Below are positions 58,587 to 64,000 of a DNA stretch of 64,000 nucleotides, in pieces. Source of the DNA: Acidobacteriota bacterium. Lineage in GTDB: Bacteria; Acidobacteriota; UBA6911. The stretch lies in contig OY761556.1 of NCBI GenBank assembly GCA_963664705.1, forward strand, positions 1,952,001 through 2,016,000, written 5' to 3'. The notes under the pieces were generated by a model. That model did no database searches, was not told the DNA's origin, and was given only the letters and a program-made list of their open reading frames with translations. Every line of letters starts with the position of its first letter. The stretch's first letter is position 1. A program made the translations under genes and the position numbers.

Positions 58587-59780
58587 GTGAAAACGTGTTC
58601 CGGCCTGGTTCTGTTTCTTTTATTTTTAATGCCCTGCGCTAATCTTGCGGCTGAACAGCCTTTGTTGATTGTCTTCCCGTTGGATGGCCCCGCCAACGCC
58701 AGCGCCCCGCCGTGGCTGAGCGAAGGTCTGGCTTTATCCATCTCCAACCAGTTGAGCGGTAGGGAACTGAGGACGCTTGAACGAGAGGAACGGCTAAAAC
58801 TGATTGAAAACCTGGATCTGCCTCCGGGAGCCAGGCTCAGCCGTGCGAGCATGATCCGGGTTGCGCAGCGCGCAGGCGCGGACATGCTGGTCATGGGAGG
58901 ATATTCCGGTACGGAACAAAGTTTGAAGATATCGCTCCGAGTACTTAATCTCAAGACTCTGAAACTTGGCGGCGAGATGACAGCCAACGGACCGCTTTCT
59001 GCGCTGCCGCAGATTGAAAACGAGCTTGCCTGGCTCATCCTCATCAATAATGGATTCGAAAAGTCGTTTACACGCGAAAAATTTCTGGAACGGACGCGCA
59101 GGATTCCGACGCCGGCCTACTCCCTTTATGTCAAGAGCCTCGATACCATCCCGGAATCCGAGCAGCTTCGTCTACTGCAGAATGCGGTACAGCTTTACAA
59201 GGATTTTCCGGAGGCGCAATTCGGACTGGGTCGGGCGTATTTTCGCAGGGGAGACTGCATCAACGCCATGCCCCATCTGCTGCAGAGTCGTACCGACCGG
59301 AGCTCTATGGTGGACATCGATTTCATGCGCGGCACGTGCTATCTGCAATCCGATCAGCCGCTGCAGGCCGTGCAATCCCTCTGGCACCTTTTGCAGACCG
59401 CACGCCCGTACGAAGCCCTCAATAACATCGGTGTGGCCTATATTCGCAAAGGGGACCTGACCCTGGCCGCCAATTCCCTGACCGAGGCACGAAACATGGT
59501 TCGCCATGATCCGACGGTAACGCTGAATCTCGCGCTCGTGCGGCATCTGCAGGGCAATGAATCCGCTGCCAGATTTTTCCTGGAAGAAGGCGGCAGAGTT
59601 CACCCCGATAACGGGATGCTCCAGTTCCTGCTTAGCATCGTGCTGAAAGCGCAGGGCGAGCCGGAAAAGGCAGCCGCCGCGGCCGGCAAAGCCAAAAACC
59701 TGGGAATCAACGTGGAAAAATACCAGGCGGAGGATCCTATAAAATGGTCCCGGGCGCTTTCAAGCCTGGAAAATCGATAA
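58587..59780 (+). CDS. Exported TolB-N/FlgO-like + TPR protein
   Basis: Signal peptide, VFPL...WLSEGLA N-domain, TPR motifs (EAQFGLG, EALNNIG). Confidence 0.75.
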   Translation: MKTCSGLVLFLLFLMPCANLAAEQPLLIVFPLDGPANASAPPWLSEGLALSISNQLSGRELRTLEREERLKLIENLDLPPGARLSRASMIRVAQRAGADMLVMGGYSGTEQSLKISLRVLNLKTLKLGGEMTANGPLSALPQIENELAWLILINNGFEKSFTREKFLERTRRIPTPAYSLYVKSLDTIPESEQLRLLQNAVQLYKDFPEAQFGLGRAYFRRGDCINAMPHLLQSRTDRSSMVDIDFMRGTCYLQSDQPLQAVQSLWHLLQTARPYEALNNIGVAYIRKGDLTLAANSLTEARNMVRHDPTVTLNLALVRHLQGNESAARFFLEEGGRVHPDNGMLQFLLSIVLKAQGEPEKAAAAAGKAKNLGINVEKYQAEDPIKWSRALSSLENR

Positions 59781-59806
59781 ATTCTTGAAATTGCTGAATG
59801 GACGCC

Positions 59807-59835
59807 TTGACAAGGTTTCGGCTCCCACATAAGAT
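59807..59835 (+). promoter_or_regulatory. Sigma70 promoter of tRNA-Leu
   Basis: TTGACA-N17-TAAGAT, 14 bp upstream of the tRNA. Confidence 0.75.
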
Positions 59836-59849
59836 AGCTGTTCCAGTCA

Positions 59850-59933
59850 GCCGAAGTGGCGGAATTGGCAGACGCGCTAGGTTCAGGGTCTAGTGGGCTT
59901 AAGCTCGTGGGGGTTCGAGTCCCCCCTTCGGCA
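59850..59933 (+). tRNA. tRNA-Leu (anticodon CAG)
   Basis: Acceptor stem GCCGAAG/CTTCGGC+A, D-loop GGAATTGGCAGAC, anticodon arm CTAGG-TTCAGGG-TCTAG, long variable arm, GTTCGAG T-loop; CCA not encoded. Confidence 0.97.
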
Positions 59934-60342
59934 CTCTCCTTTCCTTAGACAACCCATAAATATTCCATGCTGCCAATCCAATTCTAACGTCGGCGGCTCG
60001 TCCGATGCCGGGCAGATTTCTGCAAGAGGAGCCCTGCGGAGCCTGCTCTTTTTCGGCCACACTGAAGCATGGCTTTCAGGCCTCCTTTTTATAAAAAAAG
60101 GCCCAGGAGGCCGCGCGCCGGCCGGGGCCATTACGGCAGTCGCATCCACGGAAAGAAACCGATGCAAATAAAAAGATTGCGGATTTTTTGCGGGTTTGGG
60201 CCCTGGTTGCACCCGGTCCTTGAGTGAAGCGGCATTTCATAAACGGACTTGAAATTCTTATTTTTTATCCCCCCAGGCCCTTAGTTCGTGGTATATTGCG
60301 CAGCTTGGAATTCGCAACCCTTAGCAGCTGAGGAGATGATTA

Positions 60343-61947
60343 ATGGCTAAAAAGACTCCGCTCGATAGACGGACCCTGACCGGTGCCCCCATCAATCCAA
60401 TACCTCTCGAGGTGCCTTACAAGACCCTTTCGCTTTGCCCCGATTGCACGGCAAAGCTGGACGCCCAGGTGGTTGAAAAGGACGGCAAGATCATCATGGA
60501 GAAAACCTGTCCCGAGCATGGTTTCTTCAAGGAAGTTCTTCTGTCAGACGCCGAGTATTACCATCGCATGATGGCCTGGAACCGCGATGTGGGGTGCGGA
60601 GTTTCCAACCCTGCCGTCCCGGACGCCAAATCCTGTCCGGATGACTGCGGAATGTGCAACCTGCATGTGAGCCATACAGTCCTGGCCAATGTGGATTTGA
60701 CCAATCGCTGCAACCTGGCTTGCCCGATCTGCTTCGCCAATGCCAACGTCCAGGATTACATTTACGAACCGCCCTATGAACAGATTGTTCAGATGCTGCA
60801 AACCCTCCGGGATTCCCGACCCGTCGCTGGACGCGTTGTTCAGTTTGCCGGCGGCGAACCCACACTGCATCCGGACTGGTTCAGGATTCTGAAGGCGGCG
60901 GGGGATATGGGATTCTCTCACGTGCAATGCGCCACCAACGGCCTCAAATTCGCGGAAGATCCTTCTTTTGCCGAGAAATCCAGGGAAGCCGGACTGCATA
61001 CGCTCTACCTGCAGTTCGATGGAGTGGATCCGGCTCTGTACAATACGATCCGGGGCAGGAAAGATCTTTTGGACGTCAAAATGAAGGCTATTGAAAACGT
61101 CCGCAAGGCGGGACTTAAGATTGTCTACGTCCCGACCATCGTTGGCGGCCTCAACGATGATCAGGTTCCCAAGATCGTTCAATTCGCGCTGGACACCATT
61201 GATGTATGTTCCGGTATCAGCTTCCAGCCGGTTGCCATCACGGGCCGAATTGATGATGCGGAACGCGAGAAAATGCGCTTCACCCTTTCTGACTTGGCAA
61301 ACCGCGTCAATGAACTGGGATATACCACCAAGGAAGACTGGTTCCCGTTGTCCTGCACAACGCCGATCACCGAGCTCATCCAGGCACTGAGGAACGAGCC
61401 CAATGTCATGGTTTCGTGCCATCCGCTCTGCGGCATCGGAACCTATTTCTTCGTGGATCAGAACCGGAAGCCGACGCCTGTTACGCGTTTCCTGAACATC
61501 AAGGGATTGTTTGACGACATCCAGAAGCAGGCGGAAAAACTGGCAAACAAAACCACGTTTAAGAGCCTGTATAACAACCTCAGCAAATTCAGCCTTTTCA
61601 GCAGCGCCAATAAGCATTTCGATGCCAGCAAGGCACCCGAGGGTCTGACTCTGGCCAAGCTGGGCCAGACGATCGAAGGACTGCTCGACAAAAAAGCAGG
61701 ACGCGGATCCAACGACGGCACCTATACCTACAAGACGCTTATGGTCGCCGGCATGCACTTCATGGATTCATACAATTATGAAGTGGAACGCGTAAAGCGC
61801 TGCGTCATCAACTACTCCACGCCCGACGGCCGTCTCTACCCGTTCTGCACATACAATTCCGGCCCCGTATTCCGCGAGAAGATTGAAAGACAATTCTCCG
61901 TCTCAAAGGAAGAGTATCGGCAGAAGAAGCTGATAAACGTGGAATAG
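60343..61947 (+). CDS. tes: Radical SAM protein, tetraether lipid synthase (Tes/GDGT-MAS)-like
   Basis: SLCPDC...CPEHG, CPDDCGMCNLH, DLTNRCNLACPICFANA, YLQFDG, FQPV..TGR, CHPLCG, MHFMD.YN...R..RC......DGR..PFC.YN. Confidence 0.8.
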   Translation: MAKKTPLDRRTLTGAPINPIPLEVPYKTLSLCPDCTAKLDAQVVEKDGKIIMEKTCPEHGFFKEVLLSDAEYYHRMMAWNRDVGCGVSNPAVPDAKSCPDDCGMCNLHVSHTVLANVDLTNRCNLACPICFANANVQDYIYEPPYEQIVQMLQTLRDSRPVAGRVVQFAGGEPTLHPDWFRILKAAGDMGFSHVQCATNGLKFAEDPSFAEKSREAGLHTLYLQFDGVDPALYNTIRGRKDLLDVKMKAIENVRKAGLKIVYVPTIVGGLNDDQVPKIVQFALDTIDVCSGISFQPVAITGRIDDAEREKMRFTLSDLANRVNELGYTTKEDWFPLSCTTPITELIQALRNEPNVMVSCHPLCGIGTYFFVDQNRKPTPVTRFLNIKGLFDDIQKQAEKLANKTTFKSLYNNLSKFSLFSSANKHFDASKAPEGLTLAKLGQTIEGLLDKKAGRGSNDGTYTYKTLMVAGMHFMDSYNYEVERVKRCVINYSTPDGRLYPFCTYNSGPVFREKIERQFSVSKEEYRQKKLINVE

Positions 61948-61982
61948 ACGGCCTAAAACGGCTCCAGCGGCCTTAAAAAACG

Positions 61983-62026
61983 AAAAGGGGATCGGTGATC
62001 CAATCGGACGCCGATCCCCTTTTTTT
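61983..62026 (+). terminator. Rho-independent (bidirectional) terminator
   Basis: AAAAGGGGATCGGTG...CGCCGATCCCCTTTTTTT. Confidence 0.85.
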
Positions 62027-62042
62027 GTTATCTGCCGGCCGG

Positions 62043-63023
62043 TTAAGTAATCGTTATCGGAACCGGAGTAAAAGATAGCAGCAGAATCAACAGTGCTATG
62101 AATCCAAGCAGAAGTCTTCCCGGCCCCAGTTTCTCATCTTCCGCGAGAGTCTGAGGGTGAAAGAAGCGCATGCGGGCACCGAGAACCAGAATCAGGGTGG
62201 CAAAGAAAAGCAACGAATAGGATGGAGGCCACTGGACAAAACTGAGGAGCACCAACATCGCGATGACCGCAATGGACAGCTTTTTCTGCGCAGTACGGCC
62301 AAAGATAGCGTAAGCAATGTGCCCGCCATCAAGCTGCCAGATAGGGAGAAGATTCAGGCTTGTTGCCAGTAGGCCCACCCAGGCCGCCATTGCCATAGGA
62401 TGCGCCAGCATGTCCTGCCTGGCCGGATCATATCCAAGGAGCAGCATGCCAAGCAGCCGGAAAATCAGCGGTTCGCCGAAACTCAGATGCCCCGGGAGGA
62501 TTCTGCCTTTGGGCACCAGGTGAGACAAGTGAATACCCAGCAGCAGGGTCGGCAGGACGAAAATGAATCCGGCCAGTGGGCCGGAAACCCCGATATCGAA
62601 TAGTACCTTTCTATTGCGGAACGGCGATTTTATTTTGATGAAAGCGCCAAACGTGCCCGCCAGCGAAATCGGGATCGGAATGAAATAGGGCGGAGTACAA
62701 CGCATTCCATAGTGCCGGCAGGTTAGAAAATGTCCAAGTTCATGCGCCAGCAGGATTCCAACCAATGGAATGGAAAAGGGAAGCCCTAACAGAATGACTC
62801 TCGGGTTTCGGATAAAGGCAAAAAATGCAGTAACAAAATCCGAATTAACCAGCGCACATAGCCCGGCAAATGAAGTACTTCCCAGAGTCAGGATCAGAAG
62901 TATAGCGGATAGAGCCCATTCTCGCCGGCTTGGCCCGGGCTCATGAGGATACTCGATAGGGTAAACCAGCCCCGCACTCCAGGACGAATGCGCCGGCGGG
63001 AACTCCGGAAGATCACTGCTCAC
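62043..63023 (-). CDS. Site-2 protease (M50) family
   Basis: AHELGH, GTFGAFI, SGPLAG, LNLLPIWQLDGGH. Confidence 0.92.
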   Translation of the reverse strand: MSSDLPEFPPAHSSWSAGLVYPIEYPHEPGPSRREWALSAILLILTLGSTSFAGLCALVNSDFVTAFFAFIRNPRVILLGLPFSIPLVGILLAHELGHFLTCRHYGMRCTPPYFIPIPISLAGTFGAFIKIKSPFRNRKVLFDIGVSGPLAGFIFVLPTLLLGIHLSHLVPKGRILPGHLSFGEPLIFRLLGMLLLGYDPARQDMLAHPMAMAAWVGLLATSLNLLPIWQLDGGHIAYAIFGRTAQKKLSIAVIAMLVLLSFVQWPPSYSLLFFATLILVLGARMRFFHPQTLAEDEKLGPGRLLLGFIALLILLLSFTPVPITIT

Positions 63024-63064
63024 AGGACTATGGGGCTTTCTTTATATGCGAGGGGAACAGTTAT

Positions 63065-63355
63065 TTATTCTGCCGCGCCGCGCGCGATTCTATCTGCGCG
63101 TATTTCCTTCCCGGGCTTAAATCGAATTGTTTTGCCAGGCGGAATAGCCACTTCCTCGCCCGTGCGAGGATTGCGTCCCACACCGCTCTTCCTGGGTTTG
63201 ACGATAAAAACTCCAAACCCACGCAGCTCAATTCTTTCGCCACGTTTCAGCGCATTTTTAAGCGAGTTGAATACAGATTCCACCGCAATTTCCGCTTTTA
63301 CTTTGGTGATATTCAGTTGCTCTGCAACACGGTTTACGATGTCCTGCTTTATCAC
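63065..63355 (-). CDS. HU/IHF family DNA-binding protein
   Basis: IELRGFGVF, GRNPRTGE, FKPGK; GTG start after GGAGG. Confidence 0.93.
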   Translation of the reverse strand: MIKQDIVNRVAEQLNITKVKAEIAVESVFNSLKNALKRGERIELRGFGVFIVKPRKSGVGRNPRTGEEVAIPPGKTIRFKPGKEIRADRIARGAAE

Positions 63356-63524
63356 GCTGAACCTCCCATAAGTTAGTGAGAGCATTTTACTTGTGGCATT
63401 CTGGACTGTCAAGCCATTTCTATTTACAGGATTTAGGGCTGATGGTAGACTCCATTTCGCACTCTGTCCGGATTCCAGTAGGGAGAATATTCCGGCGCCT
63501 TTTTTTTCCATTGGGAGCATGCAC

Positions 63525-64000
63525 ATGTCGGTAATGCCGGATACCTGGATCCGTGAAATGGCCAAGAAACACGGGATGATCGAGCCTTTTGCCGATCAGG
63601 GAAAGCGGGCCGGAAAAATATCGTACGGCACGTCTTCGTATGGCTATGATTTTCGCCTGGCCAAAGAATTCAAGATCCCGGATTTCTCTACGGTTAAGCA
63701 CTTCGATCCCAAGAAGATGGACCAGATTCGCTTCCGCGATCACAATGGCGGACCTTGTCTGATTCCACCCAACTCATTCATTCTTGGAAGATCATTGGAG
63801 TATTTCAGAATCCCGCGGGACATACTGGTGATTTGCCAGGGCAAGTCCACCTATGCACGCAGCGGAGTTCTCGTAAATGTAACGCCGCTCGAGCCCGAAT
63901 GGGAAGGCTTCCTGACTATCGCCGTTGTGAATACAACACCGGTTCCCGCAAGAATTTATCCGGGTGAGGGAATTGCGCAACTTATTTTCATGTCCGCGCA
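63525..64000 (+). CDS. dcd: dCTP deaminase (5' part; runs off window end)
   Basis: Not in the track. Manual translation gives [22 protein letters not shown]...[14 protein letters not shown]...IPPNSFIL...GKSTYARSG...[10 protein letters not shown]. Confidence 0.93.
   Translation, partial: MSVMPDTWIREMAKKHGMIEPFADQGKRAGKISYGTSSYGYDFRLAKEFKIPDFSTVKHFDPKKMDQIRFRDHNGGPCLIPPNSFILGRSLEYFRIPRDILVICQGKSTYARSGVLVNVTPLEPEWEGFLTIAVVNTTPVPARIYPGEGIAQLIFMSA

Noticed and set aside
59850-59936. tRNA lacking an encoded CCA
   Set aside because: Common in many bacteria, where CCA is added enzymatically.
59934-60342. Possible integrated element at tRNA-Leu
   Set aside because: No integrase, and I saw no duplicated tRNA 3' end in the window.

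Overview
A 64-kb stretch of bacterial core chromosome with dense housekeeping and energy-metabolism genes. The gene content suggests Acidobacteriota or a related lineage, but this is inference only. Left part: partial nadE, STAS and PilZ genes, a GT-C-like membrane protein, FAD oxidoreductase, CDF transporter, flavodiiron-rubredoxin fusion, kynA-kynU, a ModF-like ATPase, a DUF169/SDR/rhodanese/aryl-alcohol dehydrogenase/NTF2 group, rnhB, an MFS transporter and a membrane-fused spermidine synthase-like gene. One complete IS1202-family (ISNCY) element with a 16-bp target duplication lies at 23547-24972. Middle part: bshA, a fused E2-E1 2-oxoglutarate dehydrogenase (kgd type) preceded by DUF2007 and a pseudokinase, pentapeptide/TerB/HEAT/Smr genes, iscA, folB, a scattered nuoB-nuoD...nuoI set, map, a Fur-ferritin fusion, and lpdA-lipB-E2. 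Right part: a FadF/HdrD-like gene divergent from a nuoABCDHIJKN operon that lacks both nuoEFG and nuoLM, then tRNA-Leu(CAG), a tetraether synthase (Tes/GDGT-MAS)-like radical SAM gene, a site-2 protease, HU and partial dcd. The strongest leads are the Tes homolog, the stripped complex I with a second quinone module, the pseudokinase-DUF2007-kgd arrangement, the Fur-ferritin fusion and a candidate structured RNA at 2739-2862. All assignments come from recognising motifs by eye; no searches were run.
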